Shown here piece by piece: positions 39,601 to 53,084 of a stretch of DNA of 64,000 bases. The position numbers were made by a program, and so were the translations under genes. This DNA comes from Eledone cirrhosa (lineage: Eukaryota): the NCBI GenBank assembly GCA_964016885.1, contig OZ024764.1, forward strand, positions 372,001-436,000. The letters run 5' to 3'. Numbering within the stretch: the first letter of the stretch is position 1; each line of letters begins with the position of its first letter. A model generated the notes under the pieces. The model worked only from the letters and a program-made list of their open reading frames with translations. It was not told the origin of the DNA and ran no database searches.

Positions 39601-42600
39601 CTCTGATACTACAGACATGTGGTTAGAATGTCTGAGGAAAGAATCTCTGGATTGAGAGACCACAGCTCTGATACTACAGACATGTGGTTAGAATGTCTGA
39701 GGAAAGAATCTCTGGATTGAGAGATCACAGCTCTGATACTACAGACATGTGGTTAGAATGTCTGAGGAAAGAATCTCTAAATTGAGAGATCACAGCTCTG
39801 ATACTACAGACATGTGGTTAGAATGTCTGAGGAAAGAATCTCTGAATTGAGAGACCACAGCTCTGATACTACAGACATGTGGTTAGAATGTCTGAGGAAA
39901 GAATCTCTGAATTGAGAGATCACAGCTCTGATACTACAGACATGTGGTTAGAATGTCTGAGGAAAGAATCTCCTAACTGAGAGATCACAGCTCTGATACT
40001 ACAGACATGTGGTTAGAATGTCTGAGGAAAGAATCTCTAAATTGAGAGATCACATCGCTGATACTACAGACATGTGGTTAGAATGTCTGAGGAAAGAATC
40101 TCTGAATTTAGAGATCACAGCTCTGATACTACAGACATGTGGTTAGAATGTCTGAGGAAAGAATCTCTGAATTTAGAGATCACAGCTCTGATACTACAGA
40201 CATGTGGTTAGAATGTCTGAGGAAAGAATCTCTGAATTGAGAGATCACAGCGTTGATACTACAGACATGTGGTTAGAATGTCTGAGGAAAGAATCTCTGA
40301 ATAGAGAGATCACAGCTCTGATACTACAGACATGTGGTTAGAATGTCTGAGGAAAGAATCTCTGAATTGAGAGACCACAGCTCTGATACTACAGACATGT
40401 GGTTAGAATGTCTGAAGAAAGAATCTCTGAATTGAGAGATCACAGCTGTGATACTACAGACATGTGGTTAGAATGTCTGAGGAATGAATCTCCTAACTGA
40501 GAGATCACAGCTCTGATACTACAGACATGTGGTTAGAATGTCTGAGGAAAGAATCTCTAAATTGAGAGATCACAGCTCTGATACTACAGACATGTGGTTA
40601 GAATGTCTGAGGAAAGAATCTCTGAATTGAGAGATCACAGCTCTGATACTACAGACATGGGGTTAGAATGTCTGAGGAAAGAATCTCTGAATTGAGAGAT
40701 CACAGCTCTGATACTACAGACATGTGGTTAGAATGTCTGAGGAAAGAACCTCTAAATTGAGAGATCACAGCGCTGATACTACAGACATGTGGTTAGAATG
40801 TCTGAGGAAAGAATCTCTGAATAGAGAGATCACAGCTCTGATGCTACAGACATGTGGTTAGAATGTCTGAGGAAAGAATCTCTGAATTGAGAGACCACAG
40901 CTCTGATACTACAGACATGTGGTTAGAATGTCTGAGGAAAGAATCTCTGAATTGAGAGATCACAGCTCTGATACTACAGACATGTGGTTAGAATGTCTGA
41001 GGAAAGAATCTCCTAACTGAGAGATCACAGCTCTGATACTACAGACATGTGGTTAGAATGTCTGAGGAAAGAATCTCTAAATTGAGAGATCACATCGCTG
41101 ATACTACAGACATGTGGTTAGAATGTCTGAGGAAAGAATCTCTGAATTTAGAGATCACAGCTCTGATACTACAGACATGTGGTTAGAATGTCTGAGGAAA
41201 GAATCTCTGAATTTAGAGATCACAGCTCTGATACTACAGACATGTGGTTAGAATGTCTGAGGAAAGAATCTCTAAATTGAGAGATCACAGCGCTGATACT
41301 ACAGACATGTGGTTAGAATGTCTGAGGAAAGAATCTCTGAATAGAGAGATCACAGCTCTGATACTACAGACATGTGGTTAGAATGTCTGAGGAAAGAATC
41401 TCTGAATTGAGAGACCACAGCTCTGATACTACAGACATGTGGTTAGAATGTCTGAAGAAAGAATCTCTGAATTGAGAGATCACAGCTGTGATACTACAGA
41501 CATGTGGTTAGAATGTCTGAGGAATGAATCTCCTAACTGAGAGATCACAGCTCTGATACTACAGACATGTGGTTAGAATGTCTGAGGAAAGAATCTCTAA
41601 ATTGAGAGATCACAGCTCTGATACTACAGACATGTGGTTAGAATGTCTGAGGAAAGAATCTCTGAATTGAGAGATCACAGCTCTGATACTACAGACATGG
41701 GGTTAGAATGTCTCAGGAAAGAATCTCTGAATTGAGAGATCACAGCTCTGATACTACAGACATGTGGTTAGAATGTCTGAGGAAAGAAGCTCTGAATTGA
41801 GAGATCACAGCTCTGATACTACAGACATGGGGTTAGAATGTCTGAGGAAAGAATCTCTGAATTGAGAGATCACAACTCTGATACTACAGACATGGGGTTA
41901 GAATGTCTCAGGAAAGAATCTCTGAATTGAGAGATCACAGCTCTGATATTACAGACATGTGGTTAGAATGTCTCAGGAAAGAATCTCTGAATTGAGAGAC
42001 CACAGCTCTGATACTACAGACATGTGGTTAGAATGTCTGAGGAAGAATCTCTGGATTGAGAGATCACAGCTCTTAAACTACAGACATGTGGTTAGAATGT
42101 CTGAGGAAAGAATCTCTGAATTGAGAGATCACAGCTCTGATACTACAGACATGTGGTTAGAATGTCTGAGGAAAGAATCTCTGGATTGAGAGATCACAGC
42201 TCTGATACTACAGACATGTGGTTAGAATGTCTCAGGAAAGAATCTCTGAATTGAGAGATCACAGCTCTGATACTACAGACATGTGGTTAGAATGTCTGAG
42301 GAAAGAATCTCTGAATTGAGAGATCACAGCTCTGATACTACAGACATGGGGTTAGAATGTCTCAGGAAAGAATCTCTGAATTTAGAGATCACAGCTCTGA
42401 TATTACAGACATGTGGTTAGAATGTCTCAGGAAAGAATCTCTAAATTGAGAGACCACAGCTCTGATACTACAGACATGTGGTTAGAATGTCTGAGGAAAG
42501 AATCTCTGGATTGAGAGATCACAGCTCTGATACTACAGACATGTGGTTAGAATGTCTCAGGAAAGAATCTCTGAATTGAGAGACCACAGCTCTGATACTA

Positions 42601-42921
42601 CAGACATGTGGTTAGAATGTCTCAGGAAAGAATCTCTGAATTGAGAGATCACAGCTCTGATACTACAGACATGTGGTTAGAATGTCTCAGGAAAGAATCT
42701 CTGGACAGATTTTACGTGCGAAACCAACAGCCAGGAGTCCCAAGGGTAGACCCCGGGCAAGATGTTTGGATAACATCCATGAGCTTGGCTGGTCTCATTT
42801 GGAGATCTAGCCGGATCAGTTTGAGATTGTTACTTCTGACAGAACCTGCTGGAGTGTTTGAGGACTCTGCCTCCACGACCCTCTCGGGAATAAGTGGCAG
42901 AAGAAGAAAAAGAAAAAGAAG
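21613..42921 (+). mobile_element. Decayed RTE LINE 3' portion hosting the 21-kb array
   Basis: Upstream flank EMG/FLQQVFGVTLHGRVHSLEITGSHQVEP; downstream flank SPKGRPRARCLDNIHELGW; AAG-rich tail. Confidence 0.88.
21711..42704 (+). repeat. 65-bp satellite array 2, ~323 units (21 kb), with higher-order variant blocks
   Basis: Unit ATTGAGAGATCACAGCTCTGATACTACAGACATGTGGTTAGAATGTCTGAGGAAAGAATCTCTGA. 21711 to 41991 is exactly 312x65, and there is a 1-bp deletion at ~42044. Confidence 0.98.
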
Positions 42922-42934
42922 ATATAAACCATGG

Positions 42935-43410
42935 CTAAAACTAAACTGACGTACCAATACTGAAATAATTGTTTCTACTTTTGGCACAAGGCCAGGAATA
43001 ACCCAGTGTATTACTGGTACTTTATTTTATCGACCCCATAAGGGCAAAGTTAACCTCGGCGGGATTTGAACTCAGAATGGCAAGAGCCGTAACTCTATGC
43101 GTTAAAGCATGGCGTCCGACCCTCTACCAATACTGTCAATCCACGTATCAATACTGAAATAATACCTTATAAATATAACAATTATGTCTAAAACCAAACT
43201 AACGTATCAATACTGAAATAATTGTTTCTACTTTAGGCACAAGGCCAGCAATCACCCAGTGCATTACTGGTACTTTATTTTATCGACCCCGTAAGGATGA
43301 AAGGCAAAGTCAACCTCGGCGGGATTTGAACTCAATACTGAAATAATACCTTATAAATATAACAACTATATCTAAAACTAAACTGACGTACCAATACTGA
43401 AATAATACCC
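42935..43410 (-). mobile_element. Locally tandem-duplicated segment carrying two copies of the second SINE family
   Basis: CTAAAAC(T/C)AAACT(G/A)ACGTA(C/T)CAATACTGAAATAAT recurs at ~42935, ~43188 and ~43372, with SINE pieces between. Confidence 0.75.
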
Positions 43411-43944
43411 TATATATATTGTGTAATCCTTAGGCGGTGTCAATGAAACAAAGAAATCTCATCAAAAAATGACCAAAAGAACTTCTCCTCCCCCTTCTTC
43501 ACTATCATCTATCTCTCACACTTTACATTTCCCTCTCTATTTCTCATACTGTTTCTTTTTCTCTCTTTCTTTCTTTTGTTTTCTGTATCTCTCGTTTCTG
43601 TCTGTCTGTCAGTCTCTCTCACACAAAAACACTCTCTCTCTCACATATACACTCTCTCTCGCACGCACATTCTCTCTGATACACACACTCTCTCTTTCTC
43701 TCTCCCATACATTACTACACAATAATGAATGAGTCAGTTAGCAACGCTGTAACCCACGTGTATTCACCTCGGGACTTCACTAACACCTTATAATCTTACC
43801 CTTTCTCTCCCTCTCTCTCTCTCTCTTCTTATACTCTTTCTATCACTTAACCCCCTTCTTTTCCCCTCTCTATAATTCTTTAGGCTTTCTTTCTCTTCAT
43901 ATCTATATGTATTTCTCTAGTCTATTTTATATTTACATACATAT

Positions 43945-44025
<81 letters not shown>

Positions 44026-44064
44026 TTATCGATAAATATGATTTATGTATCTCTCCCTCACTCA

Positions 44065-44119
<55 letters not shown>

Positions 44120-44334
44120 CGCACATACACACGCACACACACAGAGATATGTGTATGTGTGGATATATCTTAACATTTTGAAAGATTTTTCTAAAATTTT
44201 AATTCTACAAGTTATATAATAATATTAATAATAATATAAATCAAAGAGTGAAAAAAAATTTGGTTTAATTCCGTTCTTTGTCGCAAAGAATTGTGGCGAG
44301 GAAGAAAGATAGAGAATATGAGAGAAGAGTGGGC

Positions 44335-45699
44335 ACAGAGAGGAAGATATCGTATAGAGAGGTGTATCTAGAGTGAGAGAGAGAGAGAGGGAGATATCGT
44401 AAAGAGAGGGGTATCCAGAGAGAGAGAGAGGAAGATATCGTTAAGAGAGGGGCATCCAGAGAGAGAGACTGAGATAGAGAGAGAGGAAGATATGGTAAAG
44501 AGAGGGGTATCTAGAGAGAGACAGAGAGGAAGATATTGTAAAGACAGGGGCTTCCAGAGGGAGAGTGAGAGGAAGATATCGTAAAGAGAGGGGTATCTAG
44601 AGAGATAGAGAGAGGAAGATATTGTAAAGAGAGGGGCATCCAGAGGGAGAGAGATAGAGAGAGACAGGAAGATATCGTAAATAGAGGGGTATCTAGAGAG
44701 AGAGAGTGAGAGGAAGATATCGTAAAGAGAGGGGTATCCAGAGCGAGTGAGAGAGAGAGAGAGGAAGATATCGTAAAGAGAGAGGTATCCAGAGAGAGTG
44801 AGAGAGAGAGAGGAAGATATCGTAAAGAGAGGGGTATCTAGAGAGAGTGTGAGAGGAAGATATCGTAAAGAGAGGGGTATCTAAAGACAGAGTGAGAGGA
44901 AAATATCGTAAAGAGAGGGGTATCTAGAGAGAGAGTGAGAGGAAGATATCGTAAAGAGAGGGGTATCTAGAGAGAGAGTGAGAGGAAGATATCGTAAAGA
45001 GAGGGGTATCTAGAGAGAGAGTGAGAGGAAGATATCGTAAAGAGAGGGGTATCTAGAGAGAGAGAGAGAGAGAGCACGCTTCTTTCCCTTACCTTTTCTA
45101 CGCAAATACTTAACAAATATATATATATATATAGAGAGAGTATGGGAGAGAGAGAGAGGCTGAGAGAGAGAAGCAGCGGGAGAGATAGTATAAGAATAGA
45201 ACATCTAGAAAGAGAAACACACATAGTATGAGAGTGAAAGAGACAGAGAGAGATAGGAAGAGAGGGAGAGAGAAAGAGGCAGAAAGAACGAGACAGAGAG
45301 ACATAGAGAGAGGGGGAGAGAACGAGGCAGAAAGAATGAGAGAGAGAGCGAGAGAGAGAGAGAGAGGGAGAGAGAAAGAGGGGGAGAGAGAAAGAGGCAG
45401 AAAGAACGTGAGAGAGAGAGAGGGGGAGAGAGAAATAGGCAGAAAGAACGAGAGAGAGAGTGGGAGAGAGAAAGAACGAGAGAGTGGGAGAGAGAAAGAA
45501 CGAGAGAGAGAGAGAGGGAGAGAGAGAAATAGGCAGAAAGAACGAGAGAGAGAGAGTGGGAGAGAGAAAGAGGCAGAAAGAACGAGAGAGAGAGAGGGGG
45601 AGAGAGAAAGAGGCAGAAAGAACGAGAGAGAGAGAGGGGGAGAGAGAAATAGGCAGAAAGAACGAGAGAGAGTGGGAGAGAGAAAGAGGCAGAAAGAAC

Positions 45700-45737
<38 letters not shown>

Positions 45738-46150
45738 GGCAGAAAGAACGAGAGAGAGAGAGAGAGGGGAGAGAGAAAGTGGCAGAAAGAACGTGAGAGA
45801 GAGAGAGTAAGGGATATATATAAAGAGAAAGAGTAAGAGATATAAAGTAAGAGAAAGAGTAAGAAATATATAGTAAGAGAAAGGGTAAGAGATATATAGT
45901 AAGAGAAAGGGTAAGAGATATAATATAAGAGAAAGAGTAAGAGATATATAGTAAGAGAAAGGGTAAGAGATCGATAGTAAGAGATATATAGTAAGAGAAA
46001 GGGTAAGAGATCGATAGTAAGAGATATATAGTAAGATAAAGGGTAAGAGATCGATAGTAAGAGAAAGAGTAAGAGATATATAGAGAAAGAGAAAGGGTAA
46101 GAGATATATCTTGAAAGAGAAAGGGTAAGAGATATATCTAGAAAGAGAGA
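44335..46150. repeat. Three GA-rich compound minisatellites
   Basis: GAGGAAGATATCGTAAAGAGAGGGGTATCTAG units (44335-45060), AGGCAGAAAGAACGAG units (45250-45800), AGTAAGAGAAAGGGTAAGAGAT units (45810-46140). Confidence 0.9.
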
Positions 46151-46592
46151 GAGCACCTTGTATTTTCAACCTCTTAGCTACCTGTCTATCTATTTGTTGG
46201 TTAATATTTAGTGCGAGACTTTAACTCTATATATTTATATACACACACACACATAGTAATATAGAAGCTTACACACGTACATATATATATACACACACAT
46301 AGTAATATAGAAGCTTACACAAGTACATATATAGATACATATATACATACATGTACTTTGGTGGTTAAATACATGTGCTGAGCTGTACGTGTGAATATAT
46401 ATATATATATAGAATATATACACACGCGTATACATACATACATACATATTTATATATACTCTCTGATGGAAAGTACTGCAGTTGTGAACAATTATTCCAC
46501 TCATGGTTAATATATTTCTATTATTATTATATATACAATACTGTACTATACTATAATATATATACATACATATATATATAAATACACACACA

Positions 46593-47082
46593 CAGGGTGT
46601 CCTCAAAAAATGTATACACACTTCGATCACTTGTACAGGCAATATTACGAATTCTGTTGAAGTGTGTATACATTTTTCGGGACACCCTGTATATATATAC
46701 TATATAATATATATACACACACTATATTATAAATATATATATATATACAGGATGTCCTTCCAAAATGTATACACACTTTGATCACTTGTACAAGCAATAT
46801 TTAGAATGCTATTGAAGTGTGTATACATTTTTGGGGACACACAACAAGCCCTGTATTATATAGTATATATACTATATTATATTATACAGGGTGTCCCCAG
46901 AAAATGTATACACACTTTGATTACCTGTACAGGCAATATTCATTAGAATGCTGTTAAAGTATACACATTTTTGGAGCCCCCCCCCCCCTATATATATATA
47001 TATATATAGGGTGCCCCCAAAAATGTATATATATATATATAATGTAGGAGGTGAGTTTTATTGTAGCACAATAAAGCAATGC

Positions 47083-47121
<39 letters not shown>

Positions 47122-47208
47122 TATATAACATACAGGGTGTCCCAAAAGTCATTAGACAATTTTATACAATTATATATAATATAATAGTCTAGTGACTTTT
47201 GGGACACG
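46593..47208. mobile_element. Cluster of ~100-bp Tc1/mariner-type MITEs (46593-46689, 46748-46853, 46887-46988, fragment ~47008, related 47133-47208)
   Basis: TIRs CAGGGTGTCC...GGACACCCTG, mostly flanked by TA. Confidence 0.85.
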
Positions 47209-47373
47209 GCACAACCACCACCACTGTCAGTTTTACTAATTAGTGAAGGTGCTGTTTATATTTTAATTAATTTATCGTCTGTTTTTTTGTGTGTGATTGT
47301 ATAGTGGGCAATTAATTATATCTTTTTAATCAATTAATTGAAAGCAAATATAATACAAGCCAGAGAGAACTGA

Positions 47374-47413
<40 letters not shown>

Positions 47414-47594
47414 GTGTGTGTGTCTAAATACATATGTATGTATATATTTAGAGGCTAAAATAACGGTATATATCGTAATATATGCATGTGTGTATATAAT
47501 CTATATATATGTATGTAATGTATGTATGTATACACGTGTCTCTTTGCGAGGTCTCTAGTACATAGCAGACACAATTATATATATATATATAATA

Positions 47595-47795
47595 ACAAAG
47601 GAAGTGTGGTAAGGAACCAGATGGACCATAACCCACAAGAGTACTCAATACTTAGGGTAGTAGAGTGGGTAATAGGAAAATGTTCAAGACCCCCGACGGC
47701 AGAGCTCAAGCCGTTTCGACGGCTATTTCTTGACTATCCAGAAAGAGCCGTGGAAACGGCTTGAGCTCTGCCGTCGGGATCTTGAACATTTTCCT
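47595..47795. mobile_element. Fold-back element, family D
   Basis: Inverted arms ~47672-47730 and ~47740-47796, flanked by (TA)n. Confidence 0.75.
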
Positions 47796-48002
47796 ATATA
47801 TATATATATATATATATACACACGCATTTCCACGCTACAATTAACAATTTGTTCAGCCTTATTATTTATTACCTTCCCACACTTAACGCACACGAACAAA
47901 TGTGTGTATATACAGGGTGTGTATATATATATATGAGTATACATATATGTATATGTGTTCTAAATACATATGTATGTATATATTTAGAGGCTAAAATAAC
48001 GG

Positions 48003-48043
<41 letters not shown>

Positions 48044-48938
48044 AGTGTGTGTGTGTGTATAATATAATTATATTTGTATGAGTGTGTTGGTCGACTTGAA
48101 CAAATGTGTTTATAGAGAATGCATATATATATATATATAGTGTGTGTGTGTATGTATATAGAGAATGTGTGTGTATATATGTATGTGTGTATATATAAAT
48201 ATAGTATATATAAATATAGTGTGTGTATGTATATAGAGAATGTGTGTATATATGTATGTGTATATATATATATATGTGTGTATGTATATAGAGAATGTGT
48301 ATATATATATATGTATGTATATATAGTGTGTGTATGTATATAGAGAATGTGTATATATGTATGTGTATATATATATATATATATATAGTGTGTGTATGTA
48401 TATAGAGAATGTGTATATATATATGTATGTATGTATGTATATATAGTGTGTGTATGTATATAGAGAATGTGTATATATCTATGTATGTATGTATGTATAT
48501 ATATAGTGTGTATGTATATAGAGAATGTGTATGTATATATATATATATGTATGTATGTATATATATATGTATGTATGTATATATATAGTGTGTATGTATA
48601 TAGAGAATGTGTATGTATGTATGTATATATATATATATGTGTTGGTCAGCAATGCAACCCGTTTGATTTTTTTTTTTTTTTTTTTTTTTTACCCGATCGT
48701 AATCGTTAAGGTCTTTTGTTTAATGTGTAATAAATTGGCAGAGTATGTTGTCGCGGTGGCCAGGATATATATATATATATATATATATATAGCAGACACA
48801 ATTATATATATATATATATAATAATAAAGGAGCTCAGCTGTCGGGGTCCTACTCGTTCCTATTACCCACTCTACTACCCTAAGTATTGAGTACTTTGGTG
48901 CGTTATGGTCCACCTGGTTCCTTACCACATTTCCTTCG

Positions 48939-48980
<42 letters not shown>

Positions 48981-49070
48981 AGAGTGTCTGAATGTGAGTA
49001 TACATAGAGAACATGTGTGTATATATATATATATACACGCTATAAAGATACTGTATATACACTCACGTTA

Positions 49071-49117
<47 letters not shown>

Positions 49118-49208
49118 TATATATACTCCAGTCCTACAAACTGTAGAGTGCTTCTTATCCGATATCTGCATTGCTTTATTGTACTACAATAAAACTCACC
49201 TCCTACAT

Positions 49209-49239
<31 letters not shown>

Positions 49240-49569
49240 GCTATAAAGATACTGTATATACACTCACGTTATGTGTGTGTGTATATATATATATATATAT
49301 AGTAAAACAATGAAATTAAACAAAAAACTGTTAATTCATAGTAAAACTCATTATTTTACGATCGTTTCTGGGGGGTAGTTCCCTGTATGTCCATTCTATT
49401 ATACATTTCATTTATATATATATATGGAGAGTGTCTGAATGTGAGTATACATAGAGATCATGTGTATATATATATATATAAACACACGCTATAAAGATAC
49501 AGTATATACACTCACGTTATGTGTGTGTGTGTGTATATATATACACACACACGCACTATCTATACTCTT

Positions 49570-49602
<33 letters not shown>

Positions 49603-49972
49603 TCTCTTTATATATACACACGCACACTATATATATATATATATATATACGCACACTCTCTCTATATATATATATACATACACACACACACACTATATAT
49701 ATATATACACACACTATATATATATACACACACTATATATATATATACACACACTATATATATACACACACACACACTATATACCCGACACCGCGTAGAT
49801 CATTCTAATGTAACATTTCCGTTTAATCCCAGAGCACGTGTTTATACTATATATATGTATGTATATAATATATATTGTTTATATATAATTTTCAAGCGTT
49901 ATATATGTATATTTTTTGTTAAACTGTATACATATATACAGGGTCTATATATTTTTTAAAGTGAATCATAAT

Positions 49973-50017
<45 letters not shown>

Positions 50018-50160
50018 TTTAGTGTATATTTTCTTGGAAGTGAGCCTATACAGTGTGTATATTTCTTAAAGTGTGTGTAATATATATAATATAGAAGTGG
50101 ATGGATACTTCAACAGTTTTATATATAATATATATATATATATTACACACACTTTTCATT

Positions 50161-50209
<49 letters not shown>

Positions 50210-50652
50210 ATATATATCTTTATCTAGTGTCTATACCTTTCTTATACAGTATGTTTGTATATAGTATATTTTTCTTTAATTGTATATGACTTTATACAAT
50301 GTGTGTGTGTGTGTATATATGTATATATATATATGCAATGTATATATGTGCATTGCATATTTTGTAACGTTATGTGAATCTCCCGACTTCACATATGCGT
50401 ATATATGTATATATATAGTATTATAAGGTGATCAAACATAAATAATTTTATCACTGAATCGATTTATGCTTAATTGTCGGGCCCCCTATCTTTTAATTTA
50501 TATATATATATATATATTGATGTCTTCTGAATGAAACGGTTCTAGTCCTGCAGAAGCCATTTCTATATTAAATCGATGTTTACACTCTATTAATGTATTG
50601 AGTACCTTATTCACAGTGCCCCCCCCCCCCCCCCACATTGAACCCAACACAA

Positions 50653-50684
<32 letters not shown>

Positions 50685-50689
<5 letters not shown>

Positions 50690-50897
50690 AACGAGTAGGA
50701 CCCCGACGGCTGAGCTCAAGCCGTTTCGACGGCTAATTCTGTCCAGAATTAGCCGTCGAAACGGCTTGAGCTCAGCCGTCGGGGTCCTACTCGTTCCTAT
50801 TACCCACTCTACTACCCTAAGTATTGAGTACTTTGGTGCGTTATGGTCCACCTGGTTTGCGTTATGGTCCACCTGGTTCCTTACCACATTTCCTCCG

Positions 50898-50900
<3 letters not shown>
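50685..50900. mobile_element. Fold-back element, family D, with perfect ~56-bp arms and 4-nt loop
   Basis: 50685-50740 is the reverse complement of 50745-50800, with loop GTCC; (TA)n on both sides. Confidence 0.85.
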
Positions 50901-50931
<31 letters not shown>

Positions 50932-51314
50932 TCTAGTATAAGTTTGGTAGAAATATCCAAGAGTAAGAGCACTCAATCAATAGGACGAGTTTAATATATT
51001 GTTACAACAGTGACATAAACAGGTACTTGAGTTTCGTTGTGTTATATACCCCAATATATATATATATATGTGTGTGTGTGTTTATACATATATGAATATA
51101 TGATTGTATATCTATCTATCTATCAATATATATACCTGATTAGTTCTTTCGTTGTTTTTGGTATTATATGGTTGGGTTTTACCTACCGCAATTTTCAATT
51201 TGTCAAGGCTTTTAAACGTAATGTTATTACTCTAAGGAGTGCTTTGCTACTCATTCTTTATTGTAGGTCGACTTTGCCACAGCCAAAGCTTTGATTTTAC
51301 TGAGCTTCCACTTG

Positions 51315-51398
<84 letters not shown>

Positions 51399-51409
51399 AG
51401 TATGTGTGC

Positions 51410-51600
51410 GAGTCCCGATTTCAATCGGGGGTAACCACAGTAAGTAAGGAACTCAATACATAGAGTATATACAAGATATAATATAGAAATGGCTTCTGCA
51501 GGACTAAAACTGTTTCATTCGGGAGAAATCATCAGGGCTTTCCTGATGATTTCCTTTGAATGAAACAGTTCTAGTCCTGTAGAAGCCATTTCTATATTAA
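51410..51600. mobile_element. Fold-back element, family E, with two divergent hammerhead cores
   Basis: Plus strand 51536-51587 GGCTTTC-CTGATGA-TTTCCTTTGAAT-GAAA-CAG..CTG-TA-GAAGCC. The minus-strand copy 51491-51535 has CTGATGA and GAAA but a CA cleavage site. Confidence 0.85.
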
Positions 51601-51864
51601 ATCTCACACACACACTCTCACATGTATGTATAATTTTGTTTCACTTTCAAGCAATTAGCCAAGACAAACCCACGTTTTTTTATGTGTGTAGGTGTACAAT
51701 GGAGTTTTCTCGGCTCCAGTACACCACTGGTATTTGACTTTATCGGTGACTAGAAGGTTAAAAGGTACACGTGAACTTTGCCGGATTTTAGTCGTTAAAG
51801 GGGAGTAACTGAATAGGATATTGTATTTTATCCGGATAACAAGCATTAAATGTGTCGATCTGTT

Positions 51865-52540
51865 AAAAACAGCAGCCAAATCTTCTCTCAAATTACACCC
51901 TACTGTCTTATGTATGAGGGAGACCTCTACATGGTAGCTAGATCCTGCAGAAAAAGCAGCCAAATCTCCCTCAAATCACACCCTACTGTCTTATGTATGA
52001 GGGAGACCTCTACATGGTAGCTAGATCCTGCAGAAAAAGCAGCCAAATCTCCCTCAAATCACACCCTACTGTCTTATGTATGAGGGAGACCTCTACATGG
52101 TAGCTAGATCCTGCAGAAAAAGCAGCCAAATCGCCCTCAAATCACACCCTACTGTCTTATGTATGAGGGAGAACTCAACATGCTGGCTAGATATGTTAGA
52201 AACAGCAGTCAAATCTCCCTCAACACCTTACTGTCTTATGTATGAGGGAGACTTCTACATGCTAGCTAGATATGTTAGAAACAGCAGCCAAATCTCCCTC
52301 AACACTCTACTGTCTTATGTATGAGGGAAACCTCTACATGGTAGCTAGATCCTGCAGAAACAGCAGCCAAATCTCCCTCAAACTACACCCGTCTGTCTTA
52401 TGTATGTATGCGAGTAGCTAGACCCTGCAGAAATAGCAGCCAAATCTCCCTCAAATCATAGCTTACTGTCTTACGAACGGTGGAGACCTCTACGTAATAG
52501 CTAGATGTTAGAAATAACAGCCAAATCTCCCCCAAATAAC
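51865..52540. repeat. 83-bp minisatellite, ~8 units, diverging rightwards
   Basis: TACTGTCTTATGTATGAGGGAGACC at 51901, 51984, 52067 and onward. Confidence 0.92.
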
Positions 52541-52744
52541 CGACTGATTTAAAAAAGAAAGTAAGGAGTATATTTATCTACAAAAAAAAAAAAAATACGG
52601 CTGGATGGTCATGGCTGGGGTGTATTTAAACCCAGGTCTACTCAACCACGACTGACCTGGGGTTAAACAACAGCGTAGTTATTGTACAGTGGTTTGGAGT
52701 GATTCCAGAAGGGAAGACAACTCTCGTCGATAAATTGAACTCGG

Positions 52745-52781
<37 letters not shown>

Positions 52782-53084
52782 TGGTTGGACCTCCGTCGGT
52801 AGCCACGGCGAGTGATTCAGTTGTTCGTTGTTCGCATAACGGAACTAACTGCTCGGAAAACAAACGTGCTACTATACAAACTCACGTTGTTCTCAGGGAG
52901 ATTCGGCGTGACAGTATATGACAAAACTGGTAGTTTGAATACGGTTCGTCTTGTATTATAGTAGCCTAAGTGGTTAAGTATTTCACAGATACGTAGTTCT
53001 CAGGGAGATTCAGTTTTGCTTGCTGAATGGACTGGAGCGACGAGGGTCCTCTGTCAATAAAACACCTAAGAGACTCTGTATAGG

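Noticed and set aside
21711-42704. CRISPR-like array or telomeric repeat
   Set aside because: Units are head-to-tail with no unique spacers and there are no cas genes. GGTTAG occurs once per unit, not as (TTAGGG)n. The unit is RTE-derived.
44967-50289. Numerous long LS-, ER-, YI- and HT-rich ORFs
   Set aside because: Translations of (GA)n, (TA)n and (CA)n microsatellites.
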